The notes beneath the pieces were generated by a model, which saw nothing but the letters and a program-made list of their open reading frames with translations, searched no databases and had not been told where the DNA came from. Shown here piece after piece: positions 12,098-24,286 of a stretch of 63,894 nucleotides of DNA. The translations under genes were made by a program, and so were the position numbers. Location of the stretch: contig NC_068991.1 in assembly GCF_001194135.2 (NCBI RefSeq), positions 30,501,125 to 30,565,018 of the forward strand, read 5' to 3'. Origin of the DNA: Octopus bimaculoides. Its lineage: Eukaryota. Position 1 is the stretch's first letter. Each line of letters opens with the position of its first letter.

Positions 12098-12333
12098 TAG
12101 AGCCATTTTAACAGCATAATAGATCCCTGGGCAAATCACTGCACTGGGCCCTACAGTATTTATTTATTGAAAGCGAGTCACAACATTCATAGGTTAGAAT
12201 TGGTTTCCTTGACCCATAAAGCCCCCGATCAAATCAATGCAAAGGGTTCAACATACATAGATCTGAATTAAGACCCTAGACTCGTGAGGGCCCGGGCAAT
12301 TGCTCAGTATCTCTATGCCTTAAAATGGCCCTG
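12098..12333. mobile_element. hAT-like MITE (236 bp)
   Basis: Imperfect TIR TAGAGCCATTTTAACAGCATA / TATGCCTTAAAATGGCCCTG; 8-bp flanks GGTGAAGA vs AGTGGAGA (6/8). Confidence 0.65.
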
Positions 12334-13933
12334 AGTGGAGATCAGCTTGATCAGGGCTGATTTAGGACTAAACGATAGCAATGAAATACACAATTCAACG
12401 TGGTCTACTAGAAACACCAACCAAGCCTTTCTCAAACGAGACACTAAAGTCTGAAATAAGAAAAGGGACTACTAGACAATGTAATTCTAGACAAAACCCC
12501 TGAAAAAAGCAGGATGACCCCCGTTATAATATCTTTGATCATTGGTCTTCTTCTTCAATGCTGACCTACAACTACAACAACAGCAGTTCTTTGATATCAT
12601 GTTATCTTTATAATTGTTATCCAATAAAAAAAATATGTTCAGTTTAAGTTGTGTCTCTAAGATCTTTCTAGACACAAGACATTGTCTATGTGAACAATAA
12701 GTCACATAGCAAAATACTGTGGCTGGACTTGGCTCGGATTCGGAGAAAAGAGGAAATAAAAAAGAGATGGGAGCGAGGTGACTATTATAGTTCACAAGTT
12801 TAAAGAGGTTGGGGGTGTAAATTAAAGCAGTGGTAGAGGTGAGAAGTACACGTTGTTCAATAAATAGCCAACAGAAGCTATGCACCAGCTTGTCTGTGCT
12901 AATTACCTTTAAGCTTGCTATAACATGACCAAAGATTCAGACGCTCCATCAATCAAAAAACAACAAAATCCAGAACCAGCCAACCGACAACCAAGAGCTA
13001 CGCTTTGTGTATATGTGTGTATGTGTGCGTGTGTGTGTTTGTTTATTTCTGTGTGGGTATATGTATGCGCGCGTGTGTCACTGATTTTTTTTTTATTCCA
13101 TCTTTATTTTCTCTTTTTATTTTGGAGACAGTGGGTTGGTCAAGTCACCTTGATTTAAAGCCGCTTAAGACTGCGCCACAAGCTCCCTCCTACTCCCCAC
13201 ACACAGAAATACACAAACACACACACACACACACAAGCATTCCCACATGCACGTACTCACGCATTTAGTGGCACACATTATACATCCACATAAATATATG
13301 AGAAACACGTGCGCGCACACATGCACACTCATTCACCAACAGAGAAATACACACACACACACGTATGTATGTATGTATGTATGTATGTATGTATGAATGT
13401 ATGTATGTATGTATGTATGTATGTATGAATGTATGTATGTATGTATGTATGTATGTGTGACAATGCTTATACTCGTACAGATACATATAACGTGACATAA
13501 ACGTACACAGCTGTATCATGCACTTTCGCGCAATTATAGCGGCAAGGTTTGGCAGCTGATTAATTTTTGTTTCTTCACCCCATTATTATTATCATTATTG
13601 TTGTTGTTGTTGTGGTGGTGGCGGCGGTGACAGCTAGATAGCATTTAGTAGTGGAACACTGCGCCCATACGAGCGCGTGTTTACTGATGGCAACATGCAG
13701 CATCAACCGACCAAGTACACACTAACATACAGACCTATACACATAGATAAACAGCATGCATATAAAAAAAAAAAGCAAGTATTACACACACACACACATA
13801 CGTTTAAAGGATTACAGTGTTCCTTGTCAACAACGGAATATCTACGATATACATACACATATACGCGGGTGGGGGTGCGAGTGTGTGTGTATGTGTGCAT
13901 GCACACAATAGTATAGATATGTGCAGACGTGTG

Positions 13934-14038
<105 letters not shown>

Positions 14039-14157
14039 GGATATATATATATATATATATATATATCGATATATATATGTATATATGTCTATACACACAC
14101 ATATATATATGTATGCGTATATATATATATGTGTGTGTGTATACACACATACTATAT

Positions 14158-14196
<39 letters not shown>

Positions 14197-14475
14197 CTTT
14201 CTCTCTCTCACACACACAATTACCACTCATAACTCTTTGCCCATCTTCTGTCTTATATCTCACTTGCTCAAGTTACGTATTTCTTATAGCTAACTCATAT
14301 TGTGCTGGATAGGAATTTGGGATTTAAGAATTTGGTCAGTCCGAGAACTTATTCAGAGGGTATCTATAACGCTTATTCTACCATCTTCTCACCCATACAT
14401 GCATACATATATACATACACACACACACACCACACACACACATTCAGGGAGAGGGGGAAAGAGACAGAAAAATAA

Positions 14476-14546
<71 letters not shown>
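14476..14546. repeat. (ATAG)n microsatellite
   Basis: Direct reading; similar tracts at ~38197-38259 and ~49390-49418. Confidence 0.95.
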
Positions 14547-14547
<1 letters not shown>

Positions 14548-14772
14548 AGATGCACGCACACACAAACATAAGATTACGTTGATCATGAAACTCTATTTAA
14601 AAATACTGTTTACAACTTCTTTTCTTCCCGGAAGTGATTGACTAAGTAGGGCACAAGGCTGATCACTCTATAATTCGAATCGTTTGGGACCCTACATTAA
14701 ACAAACTCCAATTCAAAGCCATGCATTCTACAAATGCCAAGTATTCTCATTTTTACGCATGTGCGTGCGTGC

Positions 14773-14846
<74 letters not shown>

Positions 14847-15124
14847 GCCTGTATCCCCAAAAAACTTTTTCTTCGTAAAAAAAGGGTTTTTTGGGGGTGG
14901 GGAATATGTTATCCAAGCAGGACCAGTTTTGCGCTATTATCGATTGATGATTCTGGATATCATTCGTGTGTTCATGTGCTAATATTTGTGGTTGGTTAGT
15001 TTGATCATTTTTAGTACTTTTCACTTCCGAAAGTCCAGTTGTTCCTATGAAGACTTCATTCTTTTCGATATAAGAGAAATAATTAATAGTTTAAAGTAAA
15101 CAGAGAATATACATAGAACTTATT

Positions 15125-15312
15125 ATTTTAATTGCACTAAATGAACGACAGAAGATGGAATATACGAGAATTTATTAGTAATCACGGCAAACGTTTCGAC
15201 ACATCTAGCATCAATCCCGCACGATGGGACACTGGAGCATCCGGTGCTGCAGATGTGTCTCACAGTGTAATAAATAGACACAACTCGTTAAAATAACAGT
15301 TCTGCAACGTAT
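15125..15312 (-). mobile_element. Family D repeat with hammerhead-like motif at 15181-15271
   Basis: Minus strand: ATTAC-ACTGTGA-GACACATCT...AGATGTGTC-GAAAC-GTTT-GC-C-GTGAT. Stem II base is a perfect 9 bp; the core is scrambled. Confidence 0.75.
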
Positions 15313-15320
15313 TTTCTCTT

Positions 15321-15478
15321 ACATCTGCACCACCGGCTGCTCCTGAGGGATCGTTGCTAGATCTGTCGAAACAATTGTCGTGATTAATAATGAATTCTTG
15401 TATATTCCATCTTCTGTCTTTCATTTACATATACTTAACGAATACTGTGAGTGTGACCTTGCTTTACCAGTAAACTAC
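15321..15478 (+). mobile_element. Family D repeat, 5'-truncated, inverted relative to 15125-15312
   Basis: acatctgca..agatctgtc-GAAAC-AATT-GT-C-GTGAT; the CUGANGA half is missing. Confidence 0.75.
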
Positions 15479-15500
15479 TATATATATATATATATATATA

Positions 15501-15977
15501 CTCTTTTTTTATTCTTTTATCTGTTTCAATCATTTGGCTGCGGCCATAGTAGAGCAACGCCTTTAGTTGCACAAATCAACACCAGGACTTATTCTTTCCA
15601 AGCTTATTATATCGAACTCATTTTGCTGAACCGCTATGTTACGGGGACGTAAACACACTGACATCGGCTAGCAAGCGATGGTGCGGGGGTCAAACACAGA
15701 CATAAATACATAGATACGTATATATATATATATATATATATATNNNNNNNNNNNNNNNNNNNNNNNNNNNNNNNNNNNNNNNNNNNNNNNNNNNNNNNNN
15801 NNNNNNNNNNNNNNATATATACGACAGGCTTCTTCCAGTCTTTGTCAACCAAATCCACTCACAAGGCTTTGGTCAACCCGAGGCCACAGTAGAAGACACT
15901 TGCCCAAGTTGTTATGCAGTCGGACTGAACCCGGAACCATATTGTTGGGAGGCAAGCTTCTTACTACACAGCCACTA
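15501..15977 (-). mobile_element. SINE family B (tRNA head + CORE-like CTTGGGCAAG + internal microsatellite + 3' body), near full length
   Basis: Head 15815-15977 (rc gtggctgtgtagtaagaagc..gggttcagtcc..cttgggcaagtgtcttctactg); internal (TA)n and gap; 3' body 15501-15700 homologous to 4141-4335. A CORE-type octopus SINE (OR2) is known; identity not verified. Confidence 0.85.
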
Positions 15978-16002
15978 TATAACGGCAAAAAACTTTAGCG
16001 AA

Positions 16003-16317
16003 GGCACGTGGTTTAGTGGTTAGAGTATTCTGCTCACGATCGTTTGTTTGTGAGTTCGACTCCCAGCAGTGCGTTGCGTCCTTGAGCAAGACACTTTATG
16101 TCATGTTGCTCCAGTTCACTCTCCTGGCAAAAATGAGTTGTATTTGTAGTTTAAAGACTTGCCTTGTCATATTTGTGCCTCGTTGAATATCTCAGAGAAT
16201 CTGCGTTAAGAGGACGTGTCTTTGGAGTGCTCAGCCACTTACACATTAATTTTATGAGCAGGCTGTTCGTTGATCGGATCAACTGAGAGCCTCGTCGTAG
16301 TCGACGGAGCAACAGCA
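16003..16317 (+). mobile_element. tRNA-derived SINE family C, full length
   Basis: A box TGGTTTAGTGG (16009-16019); B box GTTCGACTC (16054-16062); CTTGAGCAAGACACTT core; 3' hairpin GTTGATC-G-GATCAAC; short AAC/AGC tail. Confidence 0.85.
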
Positions 16318-16555
16318 ATGGCAAGATACTATTACTAGGTCTTCTTTTAATGTAGTGTACATTAAATGATGTCGGTGTGTGCGCGCGCGCATACAAAGAT
16401 AGATAGATAAAGAGATTTGGTGGGACAGCTCAATTACAATAGATCGAATATATGTGATTAAACAATCAATTATACATTTACACTGGCATTATTACAATAT
16501 CTCTCTGCAGCAGAGAAAACGTTGTTTCAGGTAGTTGTCATTTGATTTTGGATCG

Positions 16556-16602
<47 letters not shown>

Positions 16603-17185
16603 TGTGTGTGTTTAAGTATGTGTGTATGTATATATATATATATATATATATAAGACATGATGGCTAGCAATTGTATTACTACCGTTACCGACTGGAGAAA
16701 GAAGAGGAGATGACATGGGATGGTGAATGTTACAACATTCTGTGTGGGATTTGCAACAAATTTGTGTGTGAGTGTACATGCGTTTGTGCGCGGGGATAAG
16801 TGTATATAGGTGCGTGTGGGTGTGCGTGTGTTTGTATACAGGCTCCATTTTTGCTTCTTATGTAAGCCTATGGACATAGATACCGGACACACACAACACA
16901 GACAGATTCATATACCTATATTCGTATGTAAACACATGAACAAGTATCTATGCACATATATGTACATATATTTATACACACACACACATACACACACACA
17001 CACACACATATAACGTGTAGAAACAGGACCCGGTTTCTCCTTTTCCCCGTACATAATGTCAATATTTAAAGACACCAAAAGTTAGAGATAAGATGTACAA
17101 GTTAATGGCTAGAACAGTGACACATGACAGAATTACCTGTAAAAGTATTCAGGTGTTTCTCTGAATCTACGTTTCACCTGCCGCG

Positions 17186-17217
<32 letters not shown>

Positions 17218-17892
17218 GTACTTAATGCGCGTGCGCGAGCGTGTGTGTGTGTGTGTGTTTGTNNNNNNNNNNNNNNNNNNNNNNNNNNNNNNNNNNNNNN
17301 NNNNNNNNNNNNNNNNNNNNNNNNNNNNNNNNNNNNNNNNNNNNNNNNNNNNNNNNNNNNNNNNNNNNNNNNNNNNNNNNNNNNNNNNNNNNNNNNNNNN
17401 NNNNNNNNNNNNNNNNNNNNNNNNNNNNNNNNNNNNNNNNNNNNNNNNNNNNNNNNNNNNNNNNNNNNNNNNNNNNNNNNNNNNNNNNNNNNNNNNNNNN
17501 NNNNNNNNNNNNNNNNNNNNNNNNNNNNNNNNNNNNNNNNNNNNNNNNNNNNNNNNNNNNNNNNNNNNNNNNNNNNNNNNNNNNNNNNNNNNNNNNNNNN
17601 NNNNNNNNNNNNNNNNNNNNNNNNNNNNNNNNNNNNNNNNNNNNTGATAATAACAACTAAATTATTATTAATAATAATATCAACAACAACAATGACAAAA
17701 CTAATACATAATAAAATCATATCACAACGTATATTTGAATTCTTCCGCTCTGTTTGATAAATATCCTTCGAGTTTGGATTGCTCTTTAATGAATTAAAGA
17801 CACTTATAAACACGTTTTTCTTTTTTCTTTTTAGAGAGAATTAATATTTTTAAATTTCACAACGCGAGATATTCAGCAACAGTACTTTGGGG

Positions 17893-18095
17893 TAAAGATT
17901 GTTTGCCAACATAACATGGCAGTCCTGGTTTAGGACGAATGTTACTTTAGCTCCAGGAGACATCGGCTCCAACTGGCTATACGACATGATCTGTGTCCTT
18001 ATATAGCCAGCTGGAGACGATGTCTCCTGGGGCTAAATTACAGCAATATTCGTCCTAAACCAGGTCTGACATGTTATCTTGGCAAACAATCTTTA
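17893..18095. mobile_element. Palindromic MITE-like/foldback element, 203 bp, TA at both ends
   Basis: Arms pair along their length (TAAAGATTGTTTGCCAA../..TTGGCAAACAATCTTTA; CCTGGTTTAGGACGAAT/ATTCGTCCTAAACCAGG; CCAGGAGACATCG/CGATGTCTCCTGG) around a 20-nt loop. Confidence 0.8.
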
Positions 18096-18297
18096 TTCCA
18101 ACGTTTTTTTTTTCTTTCTTTTACATTTCATTCAGGCGCACACGCGCACGCATTTCCTCCGAAGAGACGATAGCCGTAACATCTGGCCATGATGTAGGAA
18201 GTCAGTACATTATTTGTAACACTGAGTAATATCATATTGTGGTTTGTTACGATGGACTGAACGAAATTTCTACATATCTATCTGTCTATCTATCTAT

Positions 18298-18414
<117 letters not shown>

Positions 18415-18624
18415 TATATCAAAGTTAAGTTGACAGTCTACTCTGAGATTCATCCTTAACTAAACTGTTCACAACTGTCTGTATCATAAATATATATCCA
18501 TCACAAATCATATAATGATATAAGTATATACCTATCATAGATATCCACTCTACCCAACGTATAGAGTTCTATACCACATATTTTTTGCATTGTGTAAAAT
18601 GCATTTTTGATATACTTCTGATAT

Positions 18625-18661
<37 letters not shown>

Positions 18662-19513
18662 NNNNNNNNNNNNNNNNNNNNNNNNNNNNNNNNNNNNNNN
18701 NNNNNNNNNNNNNNNNNNNNNNNNNNNNNNNNNNNNNNNNNNNNNNNNNNNNNNNNNNNNNNNNNNNNNNNNNNNNNNNNNNNNNNNNNNNNNNNNNNNN
18801 NNNNNNNNNNNNNNNNNNNNNNNNNNNNNNNNNNNNNNNNNNNNNNNNNNNNNNNNNNNNNNNNNNNNNNNNNNNNNNNNNNNNNNNNNNNNNNNNNNNN
18901 NNNNNNNNNNNNNNNNNNNNNNNNNNNNNNNNNNNNNNNNNNNNNNNNNNNNNNNNNNNNNNNNNNNNNNNNNNNNNNNNNNNNNNNNNNNNNNNNNNNN
19001 NNNNNNNNNNNNNNNNNNNNNNNNNNNNNNNNNNNNNNNNNNNNNNNNNNNNNNNNNNNNNNNNNNNNNNNNNNNNNNNNNNNNNNNNNNNNNNNNNNNN
19101 NNNNNNNNNNNNNNNNNNNNNNNNNNNNNNNNNNNNNNNNNNNNNNNNNNNNNNNNNNNNNNNNNNNNNNNNNNNNNNNNNNNNNNNNNNNNNNNNNNNN
19201 NNNNNNNNNNNNNNNNNNNNNNNNNNNNNNNNNNNNNNNNNNNNNNNNNNNNNNNNNNNNNNNNNNNNNNNNNNNNNNNNNNNNNNNNNNNNNNNNNNGC
19301 AGATAGACAAAATAGCAATACGAATAAAAAAAAACAAAAAAAAACAAATACAAGGGTAAAAGGGTCGAGCGACATGTGGAATTTTTAAATTTTACAAGGT
19401 GAGGAGCTAGCTCATTGATGGATGTGAGTGAGAGAATTGGGGGTAATTTTGAAAGGACATGTCTATGATAATAATAATGATGATGATGATGTAATAATAA
19501 TAATAATAATAAT

Positions 19514-19661
19514 GCTTTCTATTATAAGCACAAGGCCTAAAATTTGGGGCGGAGAGTTAAGTCGATTACATCGACTCCAGTACTCAACTGGTACTTAATT
19601 TATCGACCTCGAAAGGATGAAAGGCAAAGTCAACCTTGGTGGGATTTGAACTCAGAACGTA
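19514..19661 (-). mobile_element. SINE family A, 5'-truncated, in (AAT)n
   Basis: Homologous to 7682-7895; bounded by AAT repeats. Confidence 0.85.
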
Positions 19662-19663
19662 GC

Positions 19664-19693
<30 letters not shown>

Positions 19694-19694
<1 letters not shown>

Positions 19695-19907
19695 TCTCTC
19701 TGGTATAAAGCACAAGGGCAGAAATTTGGTGGAGGGGGATAGTCGATTACATCGATCCCAGTACTCAAGTGGTACTTAATTTATCGATACTGCAAGGATA
19801 AAAATCAATTCGACCTTGGCGGAATTCGAACTCAAAACGTGAAGCCAGAAGGAATGGCAGTAAGCATTATCTCTCGGTGAGCCAACACTTCTGCTTGCTC
19901 ACTGTTT
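19694..19907 (-). mobile_element. SINE family A, near full length, tandem with the previous copy
   Basis: Homologous to 7682-7895; (AAT)n on both sides. Confidence 0.85.
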
Positions 19908-19920
19908 AATAATAATAATA

Positions 19921-19966
<46 letters not shown>

Positions 19967-20247
19967 CATATCAGTAAGAGAACAAAATAATATATTTGAA
20001 ATTGGGGAAAATGAACCAGGAAAATGGGCCTGGAATTATTTAGAATGATACAGGGGCTATAGATGTGTAATTAGGACCGATATTTGGTGTATATGTTTGT
20101 GTAAGAGAGGGAGAGAAAGAGAGCAGAGCAGAAAGAGAAGAAACACAGAACAATTGAAATAGATAGATAGAAATATAGATGTCAGAGCGGAGGGGGAGAG
20201 TGTAGATGGTAGTGGGTAAAAAAATGGTATTAATAAGAGGAACTTAC

Positions 20248-20301
20248 TCTAAGTAACCAGGGCTGGCGCACAGCTGTCCGGCCGAACCATCATCGCATCG
20301 A
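20248..20301 (-). CDS. Candidate downstream Six1/2 coding exon, 54 nt, phase 2-2: (T)RCDDGSAGQLCASPGYL(D/E)
   Basis: Acceptor ctcatttacatcatttacactcttcag| and donor GA|GTAAGT. GC-rich island in AT-rich DNA; open in the phase required by the homeodomain exon. No homology or transcript support. Confidence 0.5.
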
Positions 20302-20444
20302 CTGAAGAGTGTAAATGATGTAAATGAGAGTGGATATTATTACAGGTTTGCAGTTGTGGGTATAAATTATAGGTGAGCATGCATCGGTTTACATAACTAT
20401 ACATGTAATGTAACTGTGTGTTTGTGTGTGTGTATGTATATATA

Positions 20445-20480
<36 letters not shown>

Positions 20481-20633
20481 CACGCACATATATATGGACA
20501 CACACAGAAACATATATATAGCTGTATCATAAATACATGTATACACCAATACATACGTACAATTAATGCTGTTATGAGTACATAGGTACATTCAAGCATG
20601 CATACATACAGGAAAATAAGTTCATCGATACAC

Positions 20634-20670
<37 letters not shown>

Positions 20671-21033
20671 CAAATCCATATGCCCATGTATACATACAAT
20701 ATTATACACACACGAATAAATACATACACGAAGGATGCCAAACTTGCTGTGTCTGTATATGTGTGTGTATGTGCGTGTGTGTGTATTAAATCTGTGTGCC
20801 TGTGCGTGGGATACACGTACGACAGGGTCCCTCCTAAAACATTTAACGAAACTCTGGTCCTTGCTACCGGATCATTCCTACTTGCTCAGATGTTTTAACA
20901 CCCGGCTCTTTGAAAGAGTCATCGCTACCACGTGATCTTGCCTACCAGCGAACAAACAGAGTAAATACGTTGAGTATGTGTGGTCGATAACATTTACAAC
21001 ACTAGCGCGGCTTCTAATTCATATTTGAATATA

Positions 21034-22085
21034 TTGGGTTGGCAAGAAAGAAGTTACGATTATTTTGAATGACTTTTGTCAATATTATGATTCTTTTTCC
21101 TTTTGAAAGCTGATTGCCGTTACTTTCAGCTACTTTAGAAGCAAATTGCGCATAATTTTGTTTACAGCTGTTAGTTCAGTGTCAATTGTAACATGGAGTG
21201 CCAAAACGAACATCTTCGCCATATTTTCTGTTTTTTTTATTTCCGTAAAGGCAAGAAAATTGCTGAGGCTCACAAAGAGATATGTGAAGTTTATTGGGTT
21301 GATTGCTTAACAGAAAGCCCATGTCAGAAATGGTATTAAAAATTCCGTTCTGAAAATTTTTCACTCAAAGATGACTAACGTTCTGGTCGATCTATTGAAT
21401 TTGACGGCCGAATCAAAGTTATAATTGAATCTGACTGCCATATAATTGTGCGAAAGATAACAGAGATTAAATCTATCATACACAACAACTGAAAATCTAT
21501 TAAAATGTCTTGAACATGTTAAGAGGCGTAATGAACCAGCTCAGACCACATCGAAAGCTGGATTGCATAAAAAAATGGTCATGTTGTCAATTTGGTGGGA
21601 TTACAAAGATGTTGTGTATTTTGAGCTGCTTTCAAGGAACCAAACGATCAATTGCTGTCAACAATTAATGAAACTGGGGGAAGTAATCAAAGAAAAACGG
21701 CCAGAATTGGAAAATCGTAAAGGAATCGTGTTCCACTATGACAACCTTAGACCACCCGTGTAAAATCATTGGAGCTTGGTTGGGAAGTGATGCCACATCC
21801 ACCATATAGCCCTGACCTTGCACCATCAGATTAACATTTATTTCAAAGTTTGCAAAATTCTTTGACTGGTAAAACTTTCAATAATGATGATGACCTGAAA
21901 TCGCACTTGCTTCAGTTTTTGTCTGATAAGGACCAGAAGTTCTATGAGCATGGAATCATGAAGATGGTAAAAGGTTGTCAAACAAAATGGAAAGCATATA
22001 ATCGATTAAATCTCATTCATTGTATGAAAAAGAAATGACTTTTATTTCACACGAAAAAAAAAAACGAAATTACTTTCTTTCCAAC
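21034..22085 (+). mobile_element. Decayed, internally deleted mariner (DD34D) element
   Basis: TA|TTGGGTTGGCAAGAAAG left TIR; right TIR ...TTACTTTCTTTCCAAC, last few bases lost into a microsatellite. Confidence 0.9.
21193..22009 (+). pseudogene. Mariner transposase pseudogene
   Basis: MECQNEHLRHI..FRKGKK..EICEVY; KMVMLSIWWDYKDVVYFELL..KEKRPEL..RKGIVFHYDN; ELGWEVMPHPPYSPDLAPSD*HLFQSLQNSL..KVVKQNGKHIID*. Stops, frameshifts, WVPHEL region deleted. Confidence 0.93.
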
Positions 22086-22525
22086 ATGTGTGTGTTTGTG
22101 TTTGTGTGTGTGTACATATATGTGCGTGTGTGTATATANNNNNNNNNNNNNNNNNNNNNNNNNNNNNNNNNNNNNNNNNNNNNNNNNNNNNNNNNNNNNN
22201 NNNNNNNNNNNNNNNNNNNNNNNNNNNNNNNNNNNNNNNNNNNNNNNNNNNNNNNNNNNNNNNNNNNNNNNNNNNNNNNNNNNNNNNNNNNNNNNNNNNN
22301 NNNNNNNNNNNNNNNNNNNNNNNNNNNNNNNNNNNNNNNNNNNNNNNNNNNNNNNNNNNNNNNNNNNNNNNNNNNNNNNNNNNNNNNNNNNNNNNNNNNN
22401 NNNNNNNNNNNNNNNNNNNNNNNNNNNNNNNNNNNNNNNNNNNNNNNNNNNNNNNNNNNNNNNNNNNNNNNNNNNNNNNNNAGTTTGTTGTGTCTAGCTC
22501 CGCTCTAAATCTAACAGCTGTGTGT

Positions 22526-22595
<70 letters not shown>

Positions 22596-22936
22596 ATAAT
22601 GTACGTGTATGTTTGTACCGTTATCGCTCCACTTTATCCTCTTCTCCATCATCACTACCATCATCATCACCATTTCCACCATCTCCATCATCATCATCAT
22701 CAACCCTGAACCAATATCCTTTAAACAGAACAACTGTTTTATTTAGTTTTTCCTTATTTCCAAAAACAAGAAGAAAAAAACGTCTAAGATGGCTACAATG
22801 TTCAAGCACCTTTGTCTGCGACTGATTATGAATATTTTACAGAACCATTTGTTGAGGTCAAACAGACACAATGTCACAAATTTGAGACAAAGAATGCAAC
22901 CAATTAAATTGATTAATATTACTCCTTATTGACTTA

Positions 22937-23064
22937 CGGAAAGAGCCAATAGAATAAGTACCAGGTTTTACAAAAACATAAGTACTGGGACGATTCATTC
23001 GACTAAAATTCTTCAAAGCTATGCCCCAGCATGACCGTAGTCTAATGACTGAAACAGCTGAAAG
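22937..23064 (+). mobile_element. SINE family B 3' body, diverged
   Basis: caatagaataagtaccagg...aagtactgggacgatt..cgactaa...ccccagcatgaccgtagtctaatgactgaaacag. Confidence 0.75.
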
Positions 23065-23839
23065 CTTAATCCATATTCAGATCGAATGTATCAATCACCT
23101 AACGACCTGTTTAGCAGTTTGTTGATGGAGGAATTTAGCCCAATATCAGCCATTATTAACATGCACTCTGGCCTTGACCACTCCATATTGTTTTACTCGC
23201 ATGACTTCTTCCTTTTTATTAAGAGGACACTACATCTTCAACTACATTACACCACGATCAAACTATAACCACAGCATAACCCAACACAGCGCAACCACAC
23301 AGGAACAGCAGCATAACCACATAACACAACGCTACAACAAGCAGACCATGTGACTTCCATGCCACAGCACACCACAAACACCACAAACACACAATAGCCG
23401 TTCTACATCACAAAAACAGTACAACACTTGTAACACAATACATTCTTTCAGACCAGCGACCAAGATTTTATGCGATTGCTCAATCTGCAAGAAATAACAG
23501 AATACGGGTCAACACCTGCCGTCTTTTGGTCTTTATTAAATGGAAAGACACAGCTATGGTTGGAACTCATTTGATAACAGCTGTAGGACTAAACAACTCC
23601 AGTTTCACTTGGTGACGAGAAATTCGAGAAAGAAAAGAAACTAAGTATAAACAAATCATATTCTTCTTAATGTATGGGTACTAAATTCTCTTTTCCTTAC
23701 ACATTAAAACAAAACACACCCACATTATATTGCTTATTACATACGAGTATGAAGACATTAACGTTTTAAGTCACAAATGAGGAATATTCCAGAAATGTTC
23801 CGTTATAACAAAACTTGTGATGTGTCGCTGTTTTATACT

Positions 23840-24048
23840 GGTTTCAAAGTTTGGCACAAGGCCTCCAAGTTGGCGGAAGGGCAAGTCGATTACATCAACC
23901 CCAGTGCTCAAGTGGTACTTATTTTCTCGATCCCGAAAGGGTAAGAGGCAAAGTTGACTACGGTGGAATTTGAACTCAGAACGTAAAGACAGACGAAATG
24001 CCAAGCATTTTGCCTGGCATGCTAACGATTTTACCATCTCGTCTCCTT
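23840..24048 (-). mobile_element. SINE family A (3' variant ...GCCAAACTTTGAAACC)
   Basis: Reverse complement aligns over the full length with 24076-24286. Confidence 0.85.
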
Positions 24049-24075
24049 GTTCTGCTTAATATTGTAACGCCAATA

Positions 24076-24286
24076 ATGCAGCGAGTTGGCAGAAACGTTA
24101 GCACGACGGGCGATATGCTTGGCGGTATTTCGTCTATCTTTATGTTCTGAGTTCAAATTCCGCCTAGGTCGAATTTACCTTTCACCCTCTCGGGGTCGAT
24201 AAATTAAGTACTAGCTGCGTACTGAGTCGATCTAATCGACTGCCCCGCTTCCCCAAAATTTCGGGCTGTGTGCCTAGAGTAGAAAA
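24076..24286 (+). mobile_element. SINE family A, full length, 18-bp TSD
   Basis: TSD AATATTGTAACG(C/T)CAATA at 24058-24075 and 24287-24304 (1 mismatch). Confidence 0.9.

Noticed and set aside
16003-16065. tRNA gene-like A/B boxes
   Set aside because: No complete cloverleaf, and it continues into a SINE body; it is a SINE head, not a tRNA gene.
20820-20945. GAAAC-TCTG-GT-C and CCCGGCTCTTTGAAA similar to 46446
   Set aside because: No upstream CUGANGA; the similarity is too short to support.
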